A stretch of DNA of 64,000 bases from a virus, in the IMG/VR virus record IMGVR_UViG_3300037628_000643, positions 40,022 to 104,021 of that record; one strand, 5' to 3'. The first letter of the stretch is position 1. Each line of letters begins with the position of its first letter. Shown one piece after another: positions 48,985 to 58,170 of this stretch. Below the pieces are notes generated by a model. That model was not told where the DNA came from, searched no databases, and was given only the letters and a program-made list of their open reading frames with translations. A program made the translations under genes and the position numbers.

Positions 48985-48991
48985 AAAGTAG

Positions 48992-49033
48992 TTGACTAAA
49001 CAGTAGAGCCCGCGTATAGTGGGCTTTATTATT
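48992..49033 (+). promoter_or_regulatory. Promoter whose -10 lies in a terminator hairpin loop
   Basis: TTGACT-N17-TATAGT; AGCCC-gcgtatagt-GGGCT-ttattattt. Confidence 0.7.
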
Positions 49034-49051
49034 TATAGGAGGAAATTAATC

Positions 49052-49393
49052 ATGGATCTTAAAGAGGAATTCAACAAGATTACTTGGATAAGTCATTTAA
49101 TTTTAGGTAATAGGGAATTATGTAAAAAAGTTAAGGCCACAGAAGGTTATGATATAGAAAATGTTGAGATTTCATTTAAGGTAAATGGAGTTGAGTTCGC
49201 TGTAGATGCGTTCGAGCAGATAACTAATGAATGGTCTGATCGAATTGAGGAAGAAGTAAAAAAGAAATACGACTTTCTTGAATCTGAACAAGCTGTAATC
49301 AAAAAAGCAGAAGAGTTAATAAAGGATAAATTAAGTGCTACTTGGGATATGCTTAATAATATCGAAGACAATCTTTGGAAGCTGGAGGAATAA
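49052..49393 (+). CDS. Hypothetical protein
   Basis: AGGAGG RBS. Confidence 0.6.
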   Translation: MDLKEEFNKITWISHLILGNRELCKKVKATEGYDIENVEISFKVNGVEFAVDAFEQITNEWSDRIEEEVKKKYDFLESEQAVIKKAEELIKDKLSATWDMLNNIEDNLWKLEE

Positions 49394-49466
49394 ATTATGG
49401 ATCACCAGTGGAGTGAAACGGATAAATCTTTGACATTAAGTATGTATGCATTTAGTATGCATACAA

Positions 49467-50114
49467 TCAATTAGGGCATGTTTTTAAGTGCTCTTTAATC
49501 TCTTTTGGTCTTCCATAAAAATCGCAGTTAACGCACTGCGATTTTGTCATCGCTTCTTTTATTCTAGCCCTTCTAAGCCTTCCTTTTTCGCCTTCCCATC
49601 CGTTTTCTGATATCTTCTTTTTTGTTTCTTCTGTATGTTTTTTGCCATAAAATGAATTTCCCGCACCAGTTCTAGTTCCTTTTCTTACTAGTGAAAGATA
49701 GTCCTTTGTTTTTTTGCTATGTTTCTTTCCATAGAATCCATTTAGCTCTCCAGAACATGCATCTGATATTTTTTTTCTTGTGTTTTTGCTAAACCTTATA
49801 TCAATAGGCGCATTATTCCAATTACTCCATCCTGTGGTTCCTCCTAAGTCTCCACCAAGAGCCTGATTATATGTGTCAGCCCTTTTTATGAATTCAATAT
49901 CAACTATTTCAGCTTCTTTCTTATACATTTCTTCTTCTGATTCAAATGTATAGAGAACCTCTCTCGCAAAGTCATTCTTGTTGTATTTCTTAAGTGCGTC
50001 TAGGATTCCTTTTCCAGAGCCGAGATATCCATCATTTATGTCTTCTGTTTTATGTACACCAATATAGATCTTCCCATTGATTTTGTTTGATGTTTTGTAT
50101 AGTATATATAGCAT
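49467..50114 (-). CDS. GIY-YIG homing endonuclease with NUMOD3 repeats (Seg-like), antisense orientation
   Basis: ILYK..N.INGKIYIGVH...DGYLGSG, YN...GG, FYGKKH repeats; extended -10 TGATATACT upstream. Confidence 0.9.
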   Translation of the reverse strand: MLYILYKTSNKINGKIYIGVHKTEDINDGYLGSGKGILDALKKYNKNDFAREVLYTFESEEEMYKKEAEIVDIEFIKRADTYNQALGGDLGGTTGWSNWNNAPIDIRFSKNTRKKISDACSGELNGFYGKKHSKKTKDYLSLVRKGTRTGAGNSFYGKKHTEETKKKISENGWEGEKGRLRRARIKEAMTKSQCVNCDFYGRPKEIKEHLKTCPN

Positions 50115-50286
50115 TATGACTTACCTTTTTCTATAGTATATCACTTTTAGTAATTTGTTTGCGACAATCTCAAGGTGATGTTATATCCGGTAATAATCAC
50201 AATGACAGATTTAATTCTGCAGTAAAGCTTGTAAATGGGCTTCTGAAATGATAGTATGTTTTTAAATATAATTTAGGAGAAAGACC

Positions 50287-50706
50287 ATGAACCTTAAATT
50301 CGAAGCTTGGGATACAGAAAATAATATTATGTATCGAGTTGGAGATGATTATGGAACGACATCACATCTAGAACCAATTAAATATCTATCCGAGGGTCAG
50401 CCGGTTATTGTGAGGCAGTATATTGGTATTGAATACCCTTGCGGCAGAGATATTTTTTCTGGAGACATTTGTCATATTGTAAAAGATCGCTTCGGAAAAG
50501 GCAAAGATGAAATATGGACTATTGAGTATGGATGCTTTGGTGATGCGAAGTATTATGTTTATAATCAGCTCAATTCATGCAGAGAGATAGAAACGGAATA
50601 TGGTGATGTTTATTTTATTGCATCAGAAGAAAGAGTATACATTGAGTATTTTGGTAATAAATATGAGAATAGCGGTATTATGAGTGGAGGAGTAAGTCAT
50701 GACTGA
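50287..50706 (+). CDS. YopX-family protein
   Basis: LKFEAWD, RQYIG...GRDIFSGDI, GN.YEN. Confidence 0.75.
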   Translation: MNLKFEAWDTENNIMYRVGDDYGTTSHLEPIKYLSEGQPVIVRQYIGIEYPCGRDIFSGDICHIVKDRFGKGKDEIWTIEYGCFGDAKYYVYNQLNSCREIETEYGDVYFIASEERVYIEYFGNKYENSGIMSGGVSHD

Positions 50707-51730
50707 CGCATACAAATTAAAAGCATACACATCAAAAGAGGGTGTTTTTGTAGCTGAGGTACAGAAGTATAGCTATGGATACTACCCAATTAAGTTTGAT
50801 GTTTATAGAATCAACGATAAAGACCCTAAATTAACAGCAAGCGGTTATTGGTTTTTCTTTCCAGATAAAGATATTTTTTCTGTCAAAAGAAAAGTTAATC
50901 CAAAGAATATTAATCATAGATACATCCTAAAAGATGATTCCATGAAGTCAAAAAAAATACCGTTAAAGCTATCGAGAGAAGATGTTGGGTATAGTCAAGA
51001 TAGTGACTATGATACATACTGGAAAAACTTTAGCAGCCTAAGATCATTGTATAAAGAAATATATGATACAACTGAAGGATCGTGGGAAGAGATTGATTTT
51101 ACCGTTGATGTAATCGGTGATATTGAAATTAGTGATTTATCTAAACCTGAGTCAATGGTGGTTTCTGTGCTTAATGATGAAAGTTGGACGCACCAAGGGG
51201 TAAAAGAAATAGATATAATGGATGTTGCTATATTTTCAGAGTTAGAGCAAATGCTCGTTCCAGAGTTTGCAATCCACAAGCGACCATGCTCTATTTCCTC
51301 AAAAATTACTTACAGTATCGTGCGACAGTATGTAAAAGATAATTTGAACTCATCAGTAGCTTTGATTACGTCTGATTATAAATTTTGCTTCACTGTTAAA
51401 AAGAAAGTAAAGATAAAGCCATACGAATTACGATCTGAACAAAAAAAATCAAACGGTAGAAGTTACGCAAAACCAAGAATATCTTCAAAGAATGTAGACC
51501 ATAAGCAAATTGAAGTATTTGCTATGACGCATGCTGGCGAAAATTACAAAGGATACATTCCAATTAAAGGATTCAAAGGTGAGTCCATTAACGACCTCAT
51601 TGAGAATGTTAAATTATACTTGGATGAACTAATGCAGCACATTAACTCAGACGTAAGCGAATGCGAGCATTGTAGTGGGTATGGGCACGTAATGACAGGG
51701 AGCCATAGTTTAAATGGAGAAAGAGTATGA
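50699..51730 (+). CDS. Hypothetical protein with C-terminal CxxCxGxG
   Basis: 343-aa ORF, GGAGG RBS; ITSDY.FCFTVKK. Confidence 0.65.
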   Translation: MTDAYKLKAYTSKEGVFVAEVQKYSYGYYPIKFDVYRINDKDPKLTASGYWFFFPDKDIFSVKRKVNPKNINHRYILKDDSMKSKKIPLKLSREDVGYSQDSDYDTYWKNFSSLRSLYKEIYDTTEGSWEEIDFTVDVIGDIEISDLSKPESMVVSVLNDESWTHQGVKEIDIMDVAIFSELEQMLVPEFAIHKRPCSISSKITYSIVRQYVKDNLNSSVALITSDYKFCFTVKKKVKIKPYELRSEQKKSNGRSYAKPRISSKNVDHKQIEVFAMTHAGENYKGYIPIKGFKGESINDLIENVKLYLDELMQHINSDVSECEHCSGYGHVMTGSHSLNGERV

Positions 51731-52161
51731 AAACACTAGAAAAGTTAAATGCCTTTGCCAAAAAGCATGAGGTTACTTTAATTGAAAAAGGAGAATGTGG
51801 ATTTGGGCGACCATGTGTAGGGTTCACCTCAGAGAGTGGAAATTATGTCGATTATAATCCAATACGCATGCATGGCGATTATGACTATATTCTTGAATAC
51901 GATGACAAGCTAGAGCCACCAGATAATATAGATGCATACCATAAGCACGAATGCTTTGCTGTATTGGTATCACACGATAATTATGCTACAGCACTGGGCG
52001 AACTTCTTGAATGGGTTGAGCATCTAGATTCGCAAGGTTCTTTATATCTATCTCCCTATTCAACTGGAGCAACTGGAATGCAGGCAATGATATCGGGAGC
52101 GACAGGATGGGCATTTAGATTTGAAGAAGATGATTTGAAATTGCCAGTAAAATTTGTATAG
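51727..52161 (+). CDS. Hypothetical protein
   Basis: GECGFGRPCVG and AYHKHEC.AVL motifs. Confidence 0.65.
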   Translation: MKTLEKLNAFAKKHEVTLIEKGECGFGRPCVGFTSESGNYVDYNPIRMHGDYDYILEYDDKLEPPDNIDAYHKHECFAVLVSHDNYATALGELLEWVEHLDSQGSLYLSPYSTGATGMQAMISGATGWAFRFEEDDLKLPVKFV

Positions 52162-52171
52162 GAGAAAGAAT

Positions 52172-52372
52172 ATGAAATTAGAAATTAAAGTAACTGGCCC
52201 TACTGGAAGCGGCACTGGATTCACTATTATTAAAATATTAGATTTTCTTAAAAATAGTGATGAATTTCAGTTGGCAAATCTTAAAGAGTGGGGAGATGAT
52301 GGTTATCATAATGAAAGTGTTGAGTGTGATATCTTGTGTCTCCTCGGTAATGAGAAGGACAATAAATCATGA
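52172..52372 (+). CDS. Small hypothetical protein with P-loop-like GPTGSG
   Basis: AGGAG RBS. Confidence 0.5.
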   Translation: MKLEIKVTGPTGSGTGFTIIKILDFLKNSDEFQLANLKEWGDDGYHNESVECDILCLLGNEKDNKS

Positions 52373-52806
52373 AAACACTAACAAACACAAACGCAATTGA
52401 CTACATGCTAGCTGATGATAATCGTGCTCTTTTGCATGTTGTTAATTGCAAATCTGTGATGGCCTCTGGAATCGCATTGGAAATCAAAAACAGGATTCCA
52501 GAGGCATATAAAGAGTACTTGAAAGCAAATCAAAAGCTTGGTAATATTTCCTTTGGTGGTCGAGTGGTCAATCTTTATGCGCAAGACCTCTACGGAATAG
52601 GCAGGCGTCAACTGAATTACGGTGCTTTATCTGCGTGCTTCTCTTATTTCAAAATGCTTTGTGAAAATGAAACTTTTGAAATCGTAATCCCTTACCTAAT
52701 GGGCTGCGATAGAGCCGGAGGTGATTGGGAGGTCGTCATGGAATTAATTGAATTTGGATTAAGTGATTTTAATGTGACTATTTGTGCTATTGGAGATGTG
52801 AAATGA
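52369..52806 (+). CDS. Macrodomain (ADP-ribose-processing) protein
   Basis: HVVNC..VM.SGIA..IK..P, VVNLYAQ, PY.MGC.RAGGDW. Confidence 0.88.
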   Translation: MKTLTNTNAIDYMLADDNRALLHVVNCKSVMASGIALEIKNRIPEAYKEYLKANQKLGNISFGGRVVNLYAQDLYGIGRRQLNYGALSACFSYFKMLCENETFEIVIPYLMGCDRAGGDWEVVMELIEFGLSDFNVTICAIGDVK

Positions 52807-53165
52807 GAGATATTTTATTCGAAATATACTTATGGATTCGTGTAACATTTAATCCTAAATATTGGCTGTCAAATTATTCAATATCAAAAGAATGGGATAT
52901 TCAAGTTAGGGCTGCAATATCCCATGGGGCCATAATTAAGAGGGTTGATCAGTACCGCATATCTATTGGTTGCTTGCAGGGTGTATGGGGTGCAAGCTAT
53001 CCTTGCGCATACTGTGAAGACCCTATAAAGAACGGTGTTCCAACAAGAAGAACAAGGCTGTTAGTTAGGATGCTTGAGGATAACTCTGAATCAGAAAATG
53101 CACAGAAGAAGCGGAGAGAGGATGTTTTTGATAAGATTATGGGGAGGCAAAATGAAACACGCTGA
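52803..53165 (+). CDS. Hypothetical protein
   Basis: ATGA coupling. Confidence 0.55.
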   Translation: MRDILFEIYLWIRVTFNPKYWLSNYSISKEWDIQVRAAISHGAIIKRVDQYRISIGCLQGVWGASYPCAYCEDPIKNGVPTRRTRLLVRMLEDNSESENAQKKRREDVFDKIMGRQNETR

Positions 53166-53310
53166 AAAAGCCATCTGCTGCATTGACGCAGCTCTAGCTG
53201 AAATTGAGAGCGCTATAAAAGAAGATCCTGCTCATATAGATTGGTACTTAGCTGCGAAGGAAAAACTTATTTCCGCAGATAGTTATCTTACATATTGCAT
53301 TGAAGATTAA
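53152..53310 (+). CDS. Small hypothetical protein
   Basis: GGAGG RBS before ATG 53152. Confidence 0.5.
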   Translation: MKHAEKAICCIDAALAEIESAIKEDPAHIDWYLAAKEKLISADSYLTYCIED

Positions 53311-53327
53311 TTAGGAGGAACTAATAA

Positions 53328-54197
53328 ATGAATTTCAAACTAATATGCACAACAAGAAATAATTATGAAATCAAATACAGCCGCAAGACATTTGCAGGAG
53401 GTGAGGTTCAAGTAAAGCTACTTAAGTATCCTGTCGGAGACACTTTTGGGCCAGTACTGATTGATGGCTTAATTAAGTCGTCTGATATGTTGATGGAGTT
53501 ATTACTGCTAGCTAATGCACTTCATCACTCAGGCAAGAGTGGGAAAATATCGGCTAATATTCATTATTTGCCGTATGCTAGGCAAGACAGGATATGTACT
53601 TTAGGAGAGTCTTTTGCATTAGAAAACTTCATGCATACACTGACTAATAGTTGCTTGGAGCACATTATAGTTGAGGATGTTCATTCTGACGTAGCCATAT
53701 TGTTGGCAAATAAAATTCACTCCGGTGGATGCTGGAGCTTTATCAGTCAGACGGATATAGTCTCTCCGCACATTCCGCAAGGAGTCACACTAATTTCTCC
53801 AGACAAAGGTGCTTTAAGAAAAACAATTGCATCCGCCATTGCTACTGATAATAATTTTGTCACCTTTAATAAAGTTCGAGATCCGCATTCTGGTTCTATT
53901 TCTGGTACAGAGATTATTGATGGAGAGGAATTTGTTGATGGCAAAGTTTGTTTGATACTGGATGATATTCTCGATGGAGGGCGTACGTTTGTGCCAATTA
54001 TAGAAAAACTGTTTGACAAAGGAGCTAAGGCAGTATATCTTTACGCAACTCACGCAATCCTTCCTTATGGGTTAGATGCTGTAATGAATGTAGGATGCGA
54101 TGGAGTCTTTTACAAAAACAGCTTTAGAGATGACACTGATGGAGAATTGTTCTATCATGTCTCAAAAATGAAATCAACACTGGAGGAAAAACTATGA
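53328..54197 (+). CDS. PRPP-synthetase-like protein; likely ADPR-PP synthetase (Adps) of NARP1
   Basis: FAGGE, YLPYARQDR, DVHS, SPDKGA, LILDDILDGGRTF, YATH; coupled to a Nampt-like gene. Confidence 0.88.
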   Translation: MNFKLICTTRNNYEIKYSRKTFAGGEVQVKLLKYPVGDTFGPVLIDGLIKSSDMLMELLLLANALHHSGKSGKISANIHYLPYARQDRICTLGESFALENFMHTLTNSCLEHIIVEDVHSDVAILLANKIHSGGCWSFISQTDIVSPHIPQGVTLISPDKGALRKTIASAIATDNNFVTFNKVRDPHSGSISGTEIIDGEEFVDGKVCLILDDILDGGRTFVPIIEKLFDKGAKAVYLYATHAILPYGLDAVMNVGCDGVFYKNSFRDDTDGELFYHVSKMKSTLEEKL

Positions 54198-55957
54198 CTA
54201 AAATTATTACATCGCCGATCTTTGACACCGATTTTTATAAAGTAGGACACGCCAGCCAATATCCAAAAGGCACTAAAAAAATCTACTCAAACATGACGCC
54301 AAGAAGCGCTCGGCTATTCAAGGGGAGTAAATTCTTTGACGATAAGGTTGTTGTGATTGGCTTGCAGTCATTTGTCCAAGAGTATTTGATTGATACTTGG
54401 AATAATGAATTCTTTAAAAAATCGAAAGAAGAGATTATAGAAGCATATATCGAAACCATGGATTTTTCCTTGGGCGAAGGAGTTGTTCTTCCAGATCACG
54501 TTGTAGCGCTTCACGACTTGGGTTATTTGCCGTTACGAATCAAAGCAATCGAAGAAGGTAACCGAGTCAATATCCGAGTTCCAATCACTACGATTACCGA
54601 GACTATCAGCGAGTTTTTCTGGCTTGTTAATTACCTTGAGACTCCAAAATCTTCAGAACTGTGGCACCCAATGACAAGCGCAACAACAGCCTTTGAATTT
54701 AAGCGTATCTTTGTAGATGCAGCCATTAAAACAGGATCTCCAGTTGATTTCGCAGCTCTACAGGGTCACGATTTTTCAGCTAGAGGGATGCAAAACAGGC
54801 AGTCTGCCTCTAAAAATATAGGACACCTACTCCCTTTTATTGGTACAGATACTATTTCGGCAATCCAATGGATTAAGAAGTATTACTTTCCTTCTGAAGG
54901 AGATCCAGTAGGGGTTAGCGTGCCAGCAACAGAGCATTCTGTTAGCTCTCTGAATATTGCGCTAAATATGATTCGAACAGGATGCTCACAACTGGAAGCT
55001 GAGCGTCAATTCATTAAGCGACTAATTACTGAGCAATATCCCACTGGAATTGTGTCAATTGTTAGTGATACATATGATTATTACAGCATTATAACCGAAG
55101 TAATTCCTTCGTTAAAAGAAGAAATTATGTCTAGACAGCCTAATGCTATTGGCTTGAACAAGGTTGTTGTTCGACCTGATAGCGGAGATCCAGTCAGGAT
55201 TATTTGTGGCGATGAATTCAAGACTATAAAGAACGAACCAGACACGTTAGATGAATGGAAGGAGTGGGTAGCAGAGTCTATGGACGACCAGTTCCGCACT
55301 AATCTTGATGCAGAAGAGCCTCATTCGTCAGAAACAGAGCTATGGCAGCGTGGAAATGAATACTACAAAGTAACATACGAGCCAGATCTAAATCGCCATG
55401 ATAAGCAATATTATTATGTTGATAACTACGGCTCAGCTGTTAGTAGGTGCGAATTCACTGGAATTACTCCAACACCTGAGCAAAAAGGCTCAATCCAGTG
55501 TTTGTGGGAAACATTCGGTGGCACAATTACAAGTACTGGGCATAAGTTGCTCGATGAGCATATTGGTCTTATCTATGGTGATTCAATCACTCTGGCGAGA
55601 GCTCAAGAAATTATGGATCGACTAGCTGATAAAGGTTTTGCTAGTGGTAACGTAGTTATGGGTATCGGGAGTTATGAATATGGGATGAAATCACGAGACA
55701 CCTTCGGCTTCGCAATCAAGGCAACGTATGCAGAAGTTGACGATTTAAAGATCGATATCTACAAAGACCCAAAAACTGGAGATGGAACAAAGACTTCGGC
55801 AAAAGGTTTGTTACGAGTTGAAAAAGAAGGCGATGACTATGTGCTTTATGATCAACAGGAAACAGATGAGGGCGGAGAGCTGAAGGTCGTCTTCGAAGAT
55901 GGAGTTGCGCACAACATCCAAACTTGGGATGAAATTAAAGCGCGATTAAATAAGTAA
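54194..55957 (+). CDS. Nicotinamide phosphoribosyltransferase-like protein; likely Namat of NARP1
   Basis: TDFYK.GH..QYP, HDFSARG, GTDT, VPATEHS, SIVSDTYD, VRPDSGDP, IYGDSIT, KDPKT. Confidence 0.9.
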   Translation: MTKIITSPIFDTDFYKVGHASQYPKGTKKIYSNMTPRSARLFKGSKFFDDKVVVIGLQSFVQEYLIDTWNNEFFKKSKEEIIEAYIETMDFSLGEGVVLPDHVVALHDLGYLPLRIKAIEEGNRVNIRVPITTITETISEFFWLVNYLETPKSSELWHPMTSATTAFEFKRIFVDAAIKTGSPVDFAALQGHDFSARGMQNRQSASKNIGHLLPFIGTDTISAIQWIKKYYFPSEGDPVGVSVPATEHSVSSLNIALNMIRTGCSQLEAERQFIKRLITEQYPTGIVSIVSDTYDYYSIITEVIPSLKEEIMSRQPNAIGLNKVVVRPDSGDPVRIICGDEFKTIKNEPDTLDEWKEWVAESMDDQFRTNLDAEEPHSSETELWQRGNEYYKVTYEPDLNRHDKQYYYVDNYGSAVSRCEFTGITPTPEQKGSIQCLWETFGGTITSTGHKLLDEHIGLIYGDSITLARAQEIMDRLADKGFASGNVVMGIGSYEYGMKSRDTFGFAIKATYAEVDDLKIDIYKDPKTGDGTKTSAKGLLRVEKEGDDYVLYDQQETDEGGELKVVFEDGVAHNIQTWDEIKARLNK

Positions 55958-55965
55958 ACAAATAA

Positions 55966-56004
55966 GTTGACACAACATGTATATAAGTATACTGTTGTGT
56001 TGAC
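55966..56004 (+). promoter_or_regulatory. Promoter within an inverted repeat
   Basis: TTGACA 55967 with TATACT/TACTGT -10; GTTGACACAACA ... TGTTGTGTTGAC hairpin. Confidence 0.6.
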
Positions 56005-56020
56005 TTAAATAGATAGGAGA

Positions 56021-56446
56021 GTGAATATGGGAAATAATGTTCCAATTGGAAAATCAATAAAAATTGGACTATCAGTTTTAGCCATTATATTGGTTATTTC
56101 AGTTACTGGTTCGTGGCTTGGTGTTTTCGGAAAAGCGCTATCTGCTCCAGCACGAGTAATCTCAAAAACGTTGGATACGGATAACATCCTACATAATTAT
56201 GAGTTATTTTTTGATCTGAATGCAGGGTATATTTCAAGAACTGGTCAGATTGATTCTTACAAGACATTAATGGCAGGAGAGACAGATAAGGGAGAGCAGC
56301 GTAAATTACGGATTGAAATGGTAGCTATGCAACAAACATGCAGATCGCTTGTGGTTAAATACAATGCAAATGCGGAGAAATTAAATAGAAAACTGTTCAA
56401 GGCGAATTCTTTGCCAGAGCAATTACAAATCGCTAACTGCGAATAG
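56021..56446 (+). CDS. Single-TM membrane protein
   Basis: N-terminal TM; helical domain with two Cys and YNANA motif. Confidence 0.7.
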   Translation: MNMGNNVPIGKSIKIGLSVLAIILVISVTGSWLGVFGKALSAPARVISKTLDTDNILHNYELFFDLNAGYISRTGQIDSYKTLMAGETDKGEQRKLRIEMVAMQQTCRSLVVKYNANAEKLNRKLFKANSLPEQLQIANCE

Positions 56447-56454
56447 GAGATTAT

Positions 56455-56994
56455 ATGAAGAAGATAAAATCTGGATTTACATTAATTGAGTTAATGGTCA
56501 CCGTCGTGGTTATTGGTATTTTAGCAGCTGTTGTGATTCCTCAGTTCACAAAAGAAAAGGCTCCAGTATCCACAAAAATTGAACAGTCGCAGAAAGCCGC
56601 TGAAGCCGCTGAAAGTATCTCCTTTTCAGCAAATGCTGAGATTGATAACATTAAGAGTCGTCTTGAGCTAACTAGCGATCCAGCTTTGACGGGATTTGTC
56701 TTGCTAATGAATGAAGCTGGTCAACCGATTATGTATTCTGGGGTAGTTGGAAAGATTACGTCTGGTGGTAAGCGATTAACAAAGCCATACAAGCTAACTA
56801 GAGGTGATAAAGGTCAATACTCAGGTGATTTTGTGACAGATGCCCCATCAGACGAAGGTACGTGGGGTAGCTCTTCGCCGTATATCTATTTTTGGACGCC
56901 TACTGGTCAATATATCCAGTGGAATGGAAAATACTTATACAGTGATCAGCCATTTAGAACAACTGTCGAGCCTTTAGTTATTAGTGTTCAGTAG
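56455..56994 (+). CDS. Protein with type IV prepilin-like N-terminal cleavage/methylation motif
   Basis: MKKIKSG|FTLIELMVTVVVIGILAAVVIPQF (G-1, F+1, E+5). Confidence 0.8.
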   Translation: MKKIKSGFTLIELMVTVVVIGILAAVVIPQFTKEKAPVSTKIEQSQKAAEAAESISFSANAEIDNIKSRLELTSDPALTGFVLLMNEAGQPIMYSGVVGKITSGGKRLTKPYKLTRGDKGQYSGDFVTDAPSDEGTWGSSSPYIYFWTPTGQYIQWNGKYLYSDQPFRTTVEPLVISVQ

Positions 56995-57003
56995 CATACC
57001 AAC

Positions 57004-57029
57004 GCGCACATATAGTGCGCATTTTCTTT
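57004..57029 (+). terminator. Intrinsic terminator
   Basis: GCGCAC-atata-GTGCGC-attttcttt. Confidence 0.6.
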
Positions 57030-57039
57030 GGAGGAAAAT

Positions 57040-57267
57040 ATGGCAAATCCGAGTACGACTATAGGTGAAAATATGTATATATTGAACATAGGGTCTGGCG
57101 TCATATTAAGAATGTATATGACGCATATATCTAAATCAGGGGATTCAGTTTTGACAGAATTCGGAGATGTACTCAGAACGCAAACAAAGTACAGGAAGAT
57201 ATTTTACAGTCTAGATATTGCAGAATTTGAAGCTGATTATCTTCTAGAAATGAGGAGAAAATTATGA
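57040..57267 (+). CDS. Hypothetical protein
   Basis: GGAGG RBS. Confidence 0.5.
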   Translation: MANPSTTIGENMYILNIGSGVILRMYMTHISKSGDSVLTEFGDVLRTQTKYRKIFYSLDIAEFEADYLLEMRRKL

Positions 57268-57506
57268 AAGTAGAAATAACTACACGCGCAGAAGAGTTTT
57301 ATGATGAGTACGATTATCGTAATTTTTGTCGTATAACTGTTAATGGTAAGGAGGAGTTTAGTGTATCTGATGGAGAGCCTGAAGATTCAAATCTTTCTCG
57401 TGACTTTTCAGAGGTTCATAATATTGACGCTCTTATGGAGATGGCATACGCGGCTGGAATGAATAAAGAAAAACTTGAATTCACATACACTCAAGCGGAG
57501 TATTAA
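57264..57506 (+). CDS. Hypothetical protein
   Basis: DGEPED.NL.RDF...AY.AG motif. Confidence 0.6.
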   Translation: MKVEITTRAEEFYDEYDYRNFCRITVNGKEEFSVSDGEPEDSNLSRDFSEVHNIDALMEMAYAAGMNKEKLEFTYTQAEY

Positions 57507-57508
57507 TT

Positions 57509-57688
57509 ATGGCAAAAGCAAAACAAAGCGAACCGACATTTACACTTGAAATAAATTCTTTAGAGGCTCATTTAATTATGGGTATGTGTCAGAATCCACC
57601 AGAAGATTTTGGTCAGAAAGAAAAAGATGCTATGGAAAGCATTTTTAATGCACTAAAACGTGCTAATCCAGATTGGGGGATTCGATAA
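57509..57688 (+). CDS. Small hypothetical protein (59 aa, not in the ORF track)
   Basis: GGAG RBS; fills the gap between neighbours. Confidence 0.5.
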   Translation: MAKAKQSEPTFTLEINSLEAHLIMGMCQNPPEDFGQKEKDAMESIFNALKRANPDWGIR

Positions 57689-57689
57689 C

Positions 57690-58169
57690 ATGAAAAGTAC
57701 AGATAAAAAAGACATAAAAAACACAATACTAGCGGCCCTTAGTGATATAGAATGCGCACTTGAGAGCGATAGGTATGAGCCATCAGAAAGAGGGGCAGGA
57801 ACTGCGCCGACCCAAACAGCATATGACAATGCTGAAGATGTCATCATCACCATGACAGAGTATCTCATGTCTAATTACGGAGTGTTTGATGTTAATAAAG
57901 CCATGCGAGATTATTCTTTCGAAGAAATACTTGCCATAATTAATGATCATAACGCTGATGATTTCGATGAGTTGAAAGAGATCGATTCATTTTCAGTGGA
58001 TAATGGTGAACGAAAATATAAATATGTTACTACTGTTTATGAATTTAAGAATACAGGAAGGCATATTGCTGTCAACGAACAAAGATCAGCTGATGGCGAA
58101 GAGGTTATTGCTTTTACTGGCGCTAACGAAACTGAAAAGAAAGAAATAAAAACTTACGAATGGAGTTGA
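57690..58169 (+). CDS. Hypothetical acidic protein
   Basis: ATG 57690 after GGGGG. Confidence 0.55.
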   Translation: MKSTDKKDIKNTILAALSDIECALESDRYEPSERGAGTAPTQTAYDNAEDVIITMTEYLMSNYGVFDVNKAMRDYSFEEILAIINDHNADDFDELKEIDSFSVDNGERKYKYVTTVYEFKNTGRHIAVNEQRSADGEEVIAFTGANETEKKEIKTYEWS

Positions 58170-58170
58170 T

